Source: Eledone cirrhosa (Eukaryota). Taken from it: a stretch of 64,000 nt of DNA. The position numbers and the translations under genes are program-made. The stretch is taken from the NCBI GenBank assembly GCA_964016885.1, contig OZ024740.1:315084001-315148000 (forward strand). Reading direction: 5' to 3'. Within the stretch, counting starts at the first letter, position 1. Each line of letters starts with the position of its first letter. Positions 1 through 13,117 of this stretch are shown one piece after another. The notes beneath the pieces are model-generated. The model made no database searches. It was not told where the DNA came from and was given only the letters and a program-made list of their open reading frames with translations.

Positions 1-85
1 CATTTTTCAACTGTGAACAATTTGTCAGCATTTTCTATTCCGTTTACCAATATATAATAACTTGTGTGTTACACCTCTATTCTTT

Positions 86-136
<51 letters not shown>

Positions 137-173
137 CATACATACATGCATGGATGGATACATACATACCTAT

Positions 174-236
<63 letters not shown>

Positions 237-259
237 CATGCATACCTACAATACATACA

Positions 260-3200
260 TAGACAGTCAACGCGATCAGTCGCATATTTGGGCGTGGGAG
301 ACTATTTATTAAATTTAAGATGAATACTATCTCCGACAGTAATGCCACAACTACAGTCAGGTTGAATAACTGGTTATTCTTCTAACTATCCCTTTTGAAG
401 ACACCTTTTATTCGAATTCGTAGAGATATCCGACTAAATACATAATTCATTTTACAAGGATTTGCTACAAACAGCATGGCTGAACACAACATCAACAAAA
501 AAATTAAGGAAGTACCGAAGACAAATAACAAAGAAGGTAATCAAACTTTATTTAGTTGTAGCTACAGAAGAAACCGAAATTATAAATTGCATTTCTCTTG
601 GAGTTGCGAACTTAATAATGATTTATTTAATTGTTATAAAATGGCAAAAAACAATCCCCCCATTGGCTATATGAATAGAATGAAGCTACATTGGGACGAA
701 ATGCACCCAGAGCTAAATTATTTCAGAGCGAAACAATTACGCCAACAAGCGACGTGTGTTGAACGTAAAAATAAGATAAATATTATTTGTAAGACCCCCA
801 CAACAAACAGGTTATCAACAACACGTGCTACAGGTCGCCATGCTACTAGACTTCCTAGCAGCCAGGTCGAACAGCGTCTTGAAACAACTATGCTTGTAAG
901 AATGTAAGAAACTTGACACCACCTGTACCATGTAAGTCTACCTCGAATGCTGGGGAAAACACTATCGATAATAATAATAATCGAAGAAATTTGACACCAC
1001 GTGTACCATCCGAGTCTACCTCGACTATTGTGGAAAATACTATCGATAATGATAATCAAAAGTATAAACAATTGAAAATTTCCCGCAATGAAATCTTCCA
1101 GAGAGAAATTAACTCATGTATAAATATCTCTCTTGCTGAACGTGTTAAAACAACACTGTTGAATAAAAAACCAAATAATGAAATATTATGTGTTATTGAC
1201 GAAATAGGGGATGAATATTTACGACGGATAAAAACCCCAACATTTTGGCAAATCAACGCCGGTTTATATGCCTTAGCAATGACAATGAAGCATTATGTTG
1301 GTGATAGCAGAGATATTAACAAGAACAAAACACCACCAAAAATACCATCATATATAACTAAAATAGAAAAAAGATTGCTGACCTACGAAAAAACATAGGA
1401 TATGTGACAATGCTCCTTACATGCAAACAAACACAAAAAAACCTCACTCCTCACCAACAAAGAGTGATAAATAAAATAGAGACGATGTTTGGTAACTAGA
1501 ACCAGAACTCTCCAATATAAGCTGATCACCCTCAAACAAGAATTGAGAGCTGTTAGCGAAAAACGCCGAAATCTGAAGAAGGTAGATGAAAGAAAAGTGC
1601 TTAATAAAAGATTCAGACGAAACCAAACATCAGTCTATAGAGATTTGAAGGGCAAAATAATAAGTGTCACTGAGGCCCCATCCCAGAAAGACATAGATTC
1701 CTTTTGGAGCAAAATATGGGGTGAAAAGAAGAATTTAAACCAAGATGCAGTGTAGCTAAGAGAAATCCGAAAGAACTATTGCTCCTACACTACAACAAAA
1801 ACATACGAAATAAGTGAGGGTACACTTGAGACTGTAATAGGAAAACTCCAAGATAAGGAAACACCAGGAAGAGACATGGTTGTCGGCTACTGGTACAAAA
1901 AACTGATATTCTATCGGAGGTATCTTACTGACCTCTACCAACAAGTTCTTAAGGGAGATACACTTATACCAGAATGGTTGACATTAGCACAAACATTACT
2001 GGTCCCCAAGAACAAAGACACCCACTTGGCAAAAAACTACCGACCCATTGCATGCCAGAACCTGATGTATAAGATGTATACAGCCTGCCTGAACCTATTC
2101 CTCTAAGATCACTGTGAAAATAATAACATCATCACAGAAGAACAAGCAGCTGGAAAGAAAAGGGTTTGAGGATGTGCTGAACAACTCCTAATCAACAAAA
2201 CTGCGATGTCGGAAGTGCGACAACTTAGGAGGAATATGACTACAGTCTGGCTGGACTACAGGAAAGCTTTTGATTCTGTTCCCCACTCTTGGATGATAGA
2301 GGCCCTCCAACTTGCTAAAGTCCCAGACATTATTGTCAGAGCCATAGAGAGGCTGTCTTCTTCTTGGGCTACTATCCTAAGGTTAAAGACAGAGCGGGAG
2401 GACTCTATTTTCACTGATAAAATAAAATATTGCAGGGGTATATTTCAGGGGGACAGTCTCTCTGTGATATTGTTCATCTTGTCATTAAACCCCTTGTCCT
2501 TTCTGCTCAAGAAATGTGAGGGATACATCATTGGCTCACAGGAGGACAGAAATACGAACCTAACCCATAATTTCTTTGTGGACGATCTGAAACTCTATGC
2601 CAAGAACATGGATGGGATGACGAAAAATCTTGACCTGGTTACAACGTTCTCAAAGGATATAGGAATGGAGTTTGGCCAAGATAAATGCTCATACATGACT
2701 GTAAAGCGGGGAAAAACAACAACCCAATCTAGCAACATTGTCATCAATGGCCTAACTGTTCACCGATATCTGATGAGGACTGCTACAGATACCTGGGGAT
2801 AGATGAGAACATATCCTATAATGGTATCTGTAATAAAGAACGCGTAACCAAGGAATACTGCACCCGATTAAGAAAGATCTGGTCATCGGAACGCTCTGCG
2901 CAAAACAAAACAGTGGCTCACAACGTGTTTGCTGTGCCTGTCCTAACACCAACGTTTGGAATACTCAATTGGACGATAGACGAAATCCGAGCAGTTGATG
3001 TTGGAACTCGAAAAATACTAAACAACACCGGAAACTTCCACATCAACACTGACATAGACCGCCTTTACTTGAAACGTAAGCAGGGAGGCAGAGGCCTAAC
3101 ATCAGTCCAGACAACATTTGAATGTCGCATCATATCTCTCCGACAACATCTACGAACCTCGAAGTGTAGGAGCCCGTCACTCGAGCAAGTCTATCTGCAT

Positions 3201-4379
3201 GAAACAGAAAAGATCATGAGAGTTGGGAAGGAACTCCTCGAGAGATATTCCCTGCGTGATAATCAAAAACTCACACCCAGAGAAGTCGCTCAGCAGTATC
3301 GCAGTGACTCCATGGATGAAAAACTGCATGCTTATCAGCAAAAAATCATGCATGGATATGTTGCCAGGAAGCTCCAGAGTGAGAGTAATATAGATAAGGA
3401 AAGTAGTCTATCTTGGACCAACAACCGCTATATTGTCTCCCACTTTGAAGGATACGCTTTTGCAATCCAAGAACAGGAGATTAGCACGAAATACCTGATT
3501 CACAAAAGAGATAGGGATGCAGGCAAAACACCTAGATGTGATAACAAGTGCAGACTCTGCAGAACTAACTAACTCTGCAGAACTAACGAGGATATCACCC
3601 ATGTCATCAGCAGCTGCCCAAAGATGTAATCGCGGTACTATCTACCTATGAGGCATGATGTAGTGGCCAAAACACTGTACAATGCAGTTCGTAAAAAAGA
3701 TAGCCCCGATAATAAACACATTAAAAACTACAGCAATGTGGACGGCATCCATGTACATAATATGAAAGAGTACTGGTGGAATGTTCCAGTAAAAACCCCC
3801 AATAAAATGCAGGCATAACAGACCAGATATTATGATATGGGACAGGAAGAAGAAAGCATGGATAGTAGTGGAAATTAGATGCCCAGCAGATCCCAATATA
3901 ATATCAAAGATTAGTGAAAAGGTGAATATTTATGCAGAACTGATGAGAAATCTGCAGATACTCCACCCTGATTACACCTTCAGATTTATGCCTGTGATTA
4001 TTGGGGCACTGGGATATGTTAGTAACTGCCTCAATACAAATATTGAGAAGCTAGGCTTCACAGGAACAGAAAGAACACAACTAGTTAGGAAATTACAAGT
4101 ACAATCCATTAATGGAACAGTAAAAATATGTAAGACATTCCAAAAATTTTGCATCTGATAACTGCATATACACATATACAGATGCAAAGCATATACACAT
4201 GCACACATACAACTCAAAACATACACATCCACACATACAATAACATCCATATCTACACATGCATGCATACATACCTACCTAGTTGATGTTGTGTAAATTC
4301 CAATGAGAGTCTTGTGTCTATGTTAGAAACCGACTCTCTCTATTGGTAAAACTTTGTGAAATTATAAAACCAGAAGAAC
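260..4379 (+). mobile_element. Near-full-length, decayed R4/Dong-clade non-LTR retrotransposon (single ORF, RT + CCHC + restriction-like endonuclease), family A, inserted in (CATA)n
   Basis: Domain order as in the ORF pieces below; preceded by ATACATACATA; 3' UTR stem (GAGAGTC...GACTCTC); ends AAAACCAGAAGAA followed by CATACATACATA. Confidence 0.9.
476..4158 (+). pseudogene. Disrupted LINE polyprotein ORF (Myb-like N-terminus, RT, zinc knuckle, RLE)
   Basis: GYMNRMKLHW..KQLRQQA (R4-type N-terminus); NYRPIAC; WLDYRKAFDSVPH; GIFQGDSLS; FFVDDLKLY; RLYLKRKQGGRGL; CRLC..HVISSC; RHD; RPDIMIWD..VEIRCP; K..Y. Broken by stops (e.g. 2104, 2168), a frameshift near 2760 and a short tandem duplication near 3554-3587. 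Confidence 0.92.
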
Positions 4380-4397
4380 ATACATACATACATATAC

Positions 4398-4484
<87 letters not shown>

Positions 4485-5019
4485 GTATGTGTGTGTGTGC
4501 GCGCGTGAGTGCGCGAGTGTGTGAGTTGGACCTCCGTTGGCCCCGACAAGTATTTCAGTGGTACAGCCTGCTTGTCAAATCCACATATAAGTGGCTGAAC
4601 ATTTTACAAACACGTGTACCTGTAACGTAATTCTCAGGGAGATTCAGCGTGAGACAATACGTGACAATGCGTTTGAATTACAGATACAACTTATTTTTTT
4701 CCAGCTCAGTGAACTGGAACAAGACGGAGTAACGTGTCTTGCTGCAGGAAAAAAGGCACAACCGGGTACCGAACTGATGGCCATATGATCGTAAAGCTGA
4801 ACACCCTAACCGCTAATCCACGTGCCTTCATGTACACCATACATATCTGTCTGTCTGTCTGTGTTGTGTATATCTCCTCCCACTTTTCTCGAAGTCTATT
4901 TATATATAAATCTATTTGTTTGCCTAGAGAGGTTAGAATTTCGGATAGATCGTGTTGCAGTGTTTCTTCCTCTTCTCTGTGCTCTCGGGGTTCAAACACC
5001 AGCTGAGCTCAACTTTAAC

Positions 5020-5300
5020 TTACTCCCTTCGCGAGATGGAATGGCTCTTCCAGCGCATCTCCCTTACCATCTTCCGGGGAAACGCCTTCTCCATTCTGTC
5101 CGGCGCCCAGCACGTGGGGCGCCCAGCACGTGGGACCCCATTTGCTCACAATACAGAGATGGGGAGGGCGAGAGAGATGGGAGCGTTGACGGGAGTTCGT
5201 CTCTTCCGTATTCGGACTCATTGCACCTGTCATGTGGGACATGTGATAATTTCATTTTACTTGTTTCACTTACACCCTTTCGATGTCAGTAAATAATAAC
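5020..5300 (+). mobile_element. 3' fragment of a CRE-like RLE non-LTR retrotransposon
   Basis: Encodes EMEWLFQRISLTIFRGNAFSIL, matching the FQRLS..IQRGNA C-terminus of CRE-type elements; homologous to 20095-20300 and 20550-20748. Confidence 0.65.
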
Positions 5301-5553
5301 AGTACTGGGTTCGAATCTTCCCCTATATCCTTTTCTCACTTCCTCTTCCCCACTTTCCTCTGTCTCTCTCTTTCTAAAAGGAATCTGTGTTCACACATGA
5401 AAAGGGGAGTTCTCCGCCAGATTTAAAGTGTCCACCACACACCGTAGTCATTGCGGCGCCCCTAATACATACATATATACCTATATACATACATACATAC
5501 ATACATACATACATACATACATACATACATACATACATACATACATACATACA

Positions 5554-6161
5554 TGGTGGCTGCAAACTCGTTTTCGAGTACGGCCACTACTCTATATCCA
5601 TGTAGGAGAACCCCTACCGATGCGCTGAACGAGTGTGACTTTTTAGTCCAGCCAGCGACTTGAAAACTCTGGTACAAACACTACACTTGTGACAATTATT
5701 GACACATAGTGCTGGGCCCATGGTACCATGTGACGACAAGTGCAGAGAGATCTCCAGATATAAAGCAATGCCTGTGCCGTGAAGCTTTTATAGTGAGCAA
5801 AGGCACTGCACAAAGCCAGTCCCACTCTCTTAACCAAGATGATATTTACCAAAAAGAAGAACAAGTCAACATCATTAGATACCATCAGGGTTGCAGGTGT
5901 TATATCAGAGTTTTCCTTCTCCTAGAATTCTGCCTTGACAAAGGCTAAGGGGTCATCTCTCCCGGTGATTTTGGATGGCCATTGACTCTTAAGAGCTCCT
6001 TTGCCCTTTGACAGGTTTTGTTTTTAGTCCTGCAGGATGTCCAAAGTCACCCTCCTCACCAAGAAACCTTGGTGGGGTTGCCAGTTTAGTCGCCAACGAC
6101 CCGACCATGAGACAGGTTGTACTGGGATACATGTTACCAGTAGCACCAACTGGTGACCTGA
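5554..6161 (-). mobile_element. ~610 bp non-coding interspersed element, copy 1, embedded in (CATA)n
   Basis: Near-identical to 7366-7975 and 53121-53495; one fixed end GCAGCCACCAT(G); strand inferred from truncation of copy 3. Confidence 0.8.
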
Positions 6162-6332
6162 CATACATACATACATACATACATACATACATACATACAT
6201 ACATACATACATAGATACATACATACATACATACATACATACATACATACATACATACATACATACATACATACGTATATACATACATACGTACATACAT
6301 ACATGCATACATACATACGTACATACATACAT

Positions 6333-6679
6333 AAAAACACAGGAGAAGGAGGACATCTACGGACCATTGATGAGGAGTTTACAAATCCAGTATCCAAGAT
6401 ACACCTTTAGCTTCATACCCATCATTATTGGAGCTACGGGTTATTTACTACGGGTTATTTACCAACCCGCTTGGACCAAAGTATGACTGAACTTGGATTT
6501 GCGGACAAAGAGCGCAGTTCCCTAATTCATAGTCTACAAATGGCTGCGATAGCTGGCACCTTCAAAATTTGCAAAACATTCTTGCGATTCAAGGGATGAC
6601 AATTTATTTTCTTTTACAACCTTGCCACCAGGAAGGTGGCCGGTCAAAAATATACTCGAAATTAAGAGAAAGAGATAAC
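6333..6679 (+). mobile_element. 5'-truncated RLE LINE, family B (endonuclease C-terminus + 3' UTR)
   Basis: [45 protein letters not shown], homologous to the family A C-terminus; ends GAGAAAGAGATAA then CATA repeats; (CATA)n on both sides. Confidence 0.85.
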
Positions 6680-7365
6680 ATACATGCATACATGCGTACA
6701 TACATACGTGCATACATACGTACATGCATACATACATACATACATACATACATACATACGTACATACATACGTACATACATACATGCATACATACGTACA
6801 TACATACATGCATACATACGTACATACATACGTGCATACATACGTACATACATACATACATACATACATACATACATACATACATACATTCGTACATACA
6901 TGCATACATATGTACATACATACGTACATACATACATGCATACATACGTACATACATACATGCATGCATACGTACATACATACGTGCATACATACATACA
7001 TACATACATACATGCATACATACGTATATACATACATACATACGTACATACATACATACATACATACATACATACATACATTCGTACATACATGCATACA
7101 TACGTACATACATACGTACATACATACATGCATACATACGTACATACATACATGCATGCATACGTACATACATACGTGCATACATACATACATACATACA
7201 TACATACATACATACATGCATACATACGTACATACATACATACATACATGCATACATACATACATACATACATACATACATACATACATACATACAAACA
7301 TACATACATGCATACATACGTACATACATACGTACATACATACATGCATGCATACGTACATACAT
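6680..7365. repeat. Degenerate (CATA)n tetranucleotide tract
   Basis: CATA with CGTA/CATG variants. Confidence 0.95.
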
Positions 7366-7975
7366 GGTGGCTGCCAACTCGTTTTCGAGTACGGCCACTA
7401 CTTTATATCCATGTAGGAGAACCCCTACCGATGCGCTGAACGAATGTGACTTTTTAGTCCAGCCAGCGACTTGAAAACTCTGGTACAAAGACTACACTTG
7501 TGACCATTATTGACACATAGTGCTGGGCCCATGGTACCATGTGATGACAAGTGCAGAGAGATCTCCAGATATAAAGCAATGCCTGTGCTGTGAAGCTTTT
7601 ATAGTGAGCAAAGGCACTGCACAAAGCCAGTCCCACTCTCTTAACCAAGATGATATTTACTAAAAAGAAGAACAAGTCAACATCATTGGATACCATCAGG
7701 GTTGCAGGTGTTATATCAGAGTTTTCCTTCTCCTAGAATTCTGCCTTGACAAAGGCTAAGGGGTCATCTCTCCCGGTGATTTTGGATGGCTATTGAGTCT
7801 TAAGAGGTCCCTTGCCCTTTGACAGGTTTTGTTTTTAGTCCTGCAGGATGTCCAAAGTCACCCTCCTCACCAAGAAACCTTGGTGGGGTTGCCAGTTTAG
7901 TCGCCAACGACCCGACCATGAGACAGGTTGTACTGGGATACATGTTACCAGTAGCACCAACTGGTGACCTGACAT
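7366..7975 (-). mobile_element. ~610 bp non-coding interspersed element, copy 2
   Basis: Colinear with 5554-6161 with scattered substitutions; flanked by (CATA)n. Confidence 0.8.
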
Positions 7976-8243
7976 AGTGCATACATACATACATACATAC
8001 ATACATACGTGCATACATACATACATACATACATACATACGTACATACATACATACATACATACATACATACATACATACATACATACATACATACATAC
8101 ATACATACATACGACTGACACGCCAATCTCATTATTATTCTTTTTTTTTTAATGTCTTATTACATATTTCTTTTCCATTCATATTTTCTTTCCTCTTTCC
8201 TCTTTCCTCTTTCCTTTCCTTCTCGCTACTTTTTAACACACGT

Positions 8244-8407
<164 letters not shown>

Positions 8408-8639
8408 AGTAATAGTATCTTAACTCTATCAACACACACGTATTCAAACACACCCACAGACACATGCTCACGCACATATTTACATGTATATATATATATA
8501 TATATTAAAGTGTATGTATAACAAAATGTAATTGATCAAAAGAACATCTATTTTATTAATATTTATATTTTAATATATATATATATATATTTTAATAGCG
8601 GCGATGAATTAGTTTTGCGAGGTTTTTTATATGAAATCG

Positions 8640-8905
8640 TGTGTCGAAACAGATATTGTTATATTTGGGGAGGGTCATATTTGCGTAATATTGCCAGAAT
8701 TAATAACAGAACACACTCACTGTTTGGTTGGTTTTCGCTTTTGACCGCCGGTCAGTCAATGGCAACATTGAGGACCGAGTAAGTTAGATCGCAGATATAT
8801 ATATATAAAAGACAGCGAGAAGCGAAAACCAACCAAACAGTGAGTGTGTTCTGTTATTAATTCTGGCAATATTACGCAAATATGACCCTCCCCAAATATA
8901 ACTAT
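8640..8905. repeat. Inverted pair of repeat family X fragments (arms ~8657-8740 and ~8819-8903) among (TA)n
   Basis: GTTATATTTGGGGAGGGTCAT...TTTTCGCTT versus its reverse complement; related to 38906-38945, 58569-59070, 61225-61665. Confidence 0.8.
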
Positions 8906-8982
8906 ATTTTAATATATATATATATATATATATATTATAAAGAAAACGAAAAATCAGTGATGCATCTGGACTTAGTTTATTT

Positions 8983-9073
8983 CGTGTTACAAATGTTTCG
9001 CCGTCATGTAGCTCGAGTCATGGTCCTTGTATGGATCTGGCTGATTCTACTTCTGCGGGTTCTTTCAGACACG
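8983..9073 (-). ncRNA. Hammerhead-like motif with long stem II (variant core)
   Basis: Minus strand: CGTGT-CTGAAAGA-(long stem II)-GAAA-CATTTG-TA-ACACG; stem I CGTGT/ACACG; core has one extra nucleotide. Confidence 0.5.
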
Positions 9074-9141
9074 GCTGTTAAGTCCGGAGCAAATTTTATC
9101 ACGGCATACCACCTACGGAAGCACCATAGCTACCACTATAC

Positions 9142-9233
<92 letters not shown>

Positions 9234-9502
9234 CAACTAGACATTGATTAACATATAAATAAACATGAATAATCACAGGAGATAATTTTTACAAGTGTGT
9301 AAGCACACATAGCTAGGTAGGTAACTAAATAAAGTTAACTAGAACTTCAAAAATAATATATATATATATATATGTGCAGAGGTTATATTTAATATGTTGG
9401 GATACAACACGCTTAAAAATGTTTAATTGATATGAAGCACTCAACCGTTAAGGTTGTCTTTTTTTTCCGGGTATGTCAATATTTATTTATAAAACAAATC
9501 TG

Positions 9503-9567
9503 TATTTTATCTGATGAAAGCGCACCATAATTTGCCTTGTTGCCCTTGAAATATGTATAATAAAATA
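9503..9567 (+). ncRNA. Minimal type I hammerhead ribozyme in a PLE 3'-end remnant (~9370-9610)
   Basis: TATTTTAT-CTGATGA-AAG..CTT-GAAA-TATGTA-TA-ATAAAATA; same family as 33856-33916 and 56538-56601; stem II partly decayed. Confidence 0.7.
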
Positions 9568-9631
9568 AATATGGTTTTATAAATATAGTTTCCATTTATT
9601 AATATATTGTATATATATATATATGTATATT

Positions 9632-9662
<31 letters not shown>

Positions 9663-9666
9663 ATAC

Positions 9667-9697
<31 letters not shown>

Positions 9698-9720
9698 CAT
9701 ACATACATATGTATATATAC

Positions 9721-9761
<41 letters not shown>

Positions 9762-9832
9762 CGTGTGCGTGCGTGTGTGTGTGTGTGTGTGTGTATACAC
9801 ACACATGTGTATATACACACTACATATGTAGT

Positions 9833-10045
9833 GAAGGCGCGTGGCTGAGTGGTTAGAATATTTGGCTTCGCAATCGTGAGGTTGTGAGTTCGATTCCCGG
9901 AACGGGTGATGCGTTATGTCCTTGGGTAAAACAATTTCATGTTGCTCCTTCTACCTGGAGTTGCGACCGATAGGTAGTATTAGCAATTGGCAAGACCGAT
10001 GGAAACATTGTTTCCTCGGTCCGATTTGACGAAAGTCGATCGACT
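9833..10045 (+). mobile_element. tRNA-derived SINE (second family)
   Basis: A box GTGGCTGAGTGG, B box GAGTTCGATTCCC; homologues at ~42512-42720 (+), ~45350-45500 (-), ~40550-40680 (+). Confidence 0.75.
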
Positions 10046-10433
10046 GTCGATATATATACATATATATGTATAAGTATATATATATATATATATAAAGGAG
10101 AGTGTTATCAATATATATATATATATATATATAAATTGATAACACTCTCCTTTAGGAGTTTACCGTTTTTTCTATATCTACTACTTCTCCCCTAACCATG
10201 TATTGAGTTCTACCCGGATGTAGAGTGTTCCCACCCCCTGAAACATGAACACATCATAATATATACGTATGTGTGAGTGTGTGTGTGTCTTTGTGTTTGT
10301 GTGTGTGTGAATCTCAACTTAAATGATCATAAAGATACACTTTTTTTCATCTCCAGATATAATTTACCTGATTTTGCGTTGGGACGCGCACACAAACACA
10401 CACATGCACAAATATATTCATTTACTTTAACTA

Positions 10434-10500
<67 letters not shown>

Positions 10501-10503
<3 letters not shown>

Positions 10504-10680
10504 GGAAAAATTTGAACAGGGACAAAACAGAGAGGCAGTACAACGAATGTTTATTAATTTCACGCTCTGGAGAGTGGGGTGTTGGTGGGGGACGACGTTT
10601 TGGGCATAAGCCCTTCCTCAGGTGAGAAGTGTGTGGGAACAGAGTTCAAAGGGTGTGTAGGGGAGTGGTGGAGAGACATA
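10501..10680 (-). mobile_element. PLE-like 3'-end remnant with degenerate hammerhead
   Basis: Minus: CTGAGGA-AGGGC-TTAT-GCCC-AAAA-CGTCGTC, then AATAAA, ending at (TA)n; relatives at ~38720-38843 (+) and ~58060-58145 (-). Confidence 0.6.
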
Positions 10681-10762
10681 TAGCGAAAGGAAACGGTGCG
10701 AATGAAAAAAATAAAAATAAAAATAAAAATAAAGCATGATCAAAATACAAGGAATGAAATAA

Positions 10763-10824
<62 letters not shown>

Positions 10825-10853
10825 GTATATATATATATAATATATATATATAA

Positions 10854-10921
<68 letters not shown>

Positions 10922-11705
10922 AGACACACACACATAAATATATATATATATAAACACACGCTTACAAACACAGGCACACACATCTATATAAATAATTGTT
11001 TCTACTTTTGGCACAAGGCCAGCAATTATCCCAGTATATTACTGCTACTTTATTGTATCGACCCCGTAAGGATGAAAGGCAAAGTTAACCTCACATCTAT
11101 ATAAATAATGTCTGTGTGTGTGTGTGTTTTATATATATATATATATGTGTGTGTTGTGCGTATGTGTGCGTTTATATATGCATCTCAGACACCCTCCCTC
11201 TCTCTCTCTATATATATATATATGTGTTTGTATGTGTGTGTGTGCGCGCACACACACATACACATACACATACATATACATATATATACAAGGTCCCTAT
11301 GATGACAGTTGACCCGGTGTCCACTCCAGGAAAATATTCTATGCATAGGTGAAAACCTTTCGTCTTTTATCGAAGACCACCAGTAGTAGCCCATATAATC
11401 TCGCCACCCACGCCACCACCGATGATGTCCCAATGAAATGCATGGGTGAACATAACTTGATACCAGTAACGTCTCACGTCAACTTACAAAAGCCGGAAAA
11501 ATCTAAGAAAATAGAAAACTAACAAAATGAATTCCATTAATCCGAAACCTAGGAAATGTACTTTATTTCATCAACTTTGGAAGAATAAAAAGTAAATTTA
11601 GTCTCGGTAGGATTTGATACCACCACGGTATTTTGTCCGGCGCTCTAGCCATTCTGCCAATCTAAGTTTTAATAAAACTCCGCCGGCAAAAACTTTGAAC
11701 TGTCA

Positions 11706-11901
11706 CAGACCCGTAGCCAAAGGGATGCTAGGGGATGCCCGGCATCCCCTATCAAAAGCAAATTTAGTTTTAGCATCTCCTTCAAACAAGAATAATATAT
11801 ATATTTTACTAAACAATATTTCTTTATTTTGTTTTGGCATCCCCATGTTTTAACATATATTCGAATGGCATTACCTAGCAGAAAACCTGGCTACGGGTTT
11901 G
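11706..11901. mobile_element. hAT-type MITE
   Basis: 14-bp TIRs CAGACCCGTAGCCA / TGGCTACGGGTTTG (1 mismatch); perfect 8-bp TSD AACTGTCA at 11698-11705 and 11902-11909. Confidence 0.8.
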
Positions 11902-11982
11902 AACTGTCAACAATATGACAGACACGTGAACACGCACAAACGCGCACGCACAGAAATAGACAGACACACACACATATACTCG

Positions 11983-12030
<48 letters not shown>

Positions 12031-12073
12031 GTAAGAAGGTTTCACACTATACCTATACAGATATAACCTCATC

Positions 12074-12104
<31 letters not shown>

Positions 12105-12145
12105 TGTATGTATGTATGCACGTATGTATGTACGTATGTATGTAT

Positions 12146-12675
12146 GTTATCTCTTTCTCTTCATTTCAAGTATATTTTTTTGACCGGCCACCTTCCAGGT
12201 GGCAAGGTTGTAAAAGAAAAGAAATTGTCATCCCTTGAATCGCAAGAATGTTTTGCAAATTTTGAAGGTGCCAGCTATCGCAACCATTTGTAGACTATGA
12301 ATTAGGGAGCCGCGCTCTTTGTCCGCAAATCCAAGTTCAGTCATACTTTGGTCCAAGCGGGTTGGTATAGCTCCAATAATGATGGGTAGGAAGCTAAAGG
12401 TGTATCTTGGATACTGGATTTGTAAACTCCTCATCAATGGTCCACAGATGTCCTCCTTCCCCTGTATTTTTCTGACAACGCTTACATCAAGTGGGCAGCT
12501 GTTTCAATGTGTGGTCCCAAACAACAATATCAGGCCGGTTGTGCTTTAATTTGGTGGTAGTTTTTATTTTCAGGTTCCACCAGTATTCCTTAGTGCCATC
12601 TGTATCAATATATTCTTCCTCGCTTGTTGTTAATTTTCTTTTCCGAAGTGCATTCCAGATGGTTCTAGCTACCCC
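12146..12675 (-). mobile_element. 5'-truncated RLE LINE, family B
   Basis: [48 protein letters not shown]; both flanks are (TATG)n on +, i.e. (CATA)n on the element sense strand. Confidence 0.88.
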
Positions 12676-12924
12676 TATGTATGTATGTATGTATGTATGT
12701 ATGTATGTATGTATGTATGTATGTATGTATGTATGTATGTATGTATGTGTGTATGTGTGTGTGTGTGTGTGTGTGTGTACATACGTTCGCTCGTGCCTGT
12801 GTACAAACATAAACAGCCAGCACACACACTCACACACAAATATATCCATTTATACATACGCACGCACATCCATATTCATATATATATATATACATAATTA
12901 ATTAATCATGTTAGAAAGATATAT

Positions 12925-13071
12925 GCGTGCGTGTGTGTGTATACGTATGTGTATGTGAGTACTGTTGCTTGAGTACAAGCATGTGTGTGTGCGTGTGTGT
13001 GTAGCTGGGCCGATGCACGTATGTGTGTGTATATATGGGCGTCTGTGTAAGCGCTGTTGCTCGTCTACAAG

Positions 13072-13117
<46 letters not shown>

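Noticed and set aside
6075-6161. HDV-like ribozyme at the end of the 610-bp element
   Set aside because: P4- and J4/2-like pieces (GTCG-TTGG-CGA-CTAA-ACTGG) are present, but I could not build P1, P3 and P1.1 in the required order.
6534-7488. Long ORFs (MYVC/HTYI repeats), and similar ones at 12898-14887, 20959-21969, 22458-23531, 50928-52776
   Set aside because: Translations of microsatellites that lack stop codons; no protein-like complexity.
9833-9905. tRNA gene
   Set aside because: A and B boxes continue into a SINE body found in several copies; no clean cloverleaf.
11339-11389. Hammerhead on minus strand (CTGGTG-GTCTT..AAGAC-GAAA-GGTTTTCACC-TA)
   Set aside because: Core has two defects and stem I is weak; at best a decayed copy.
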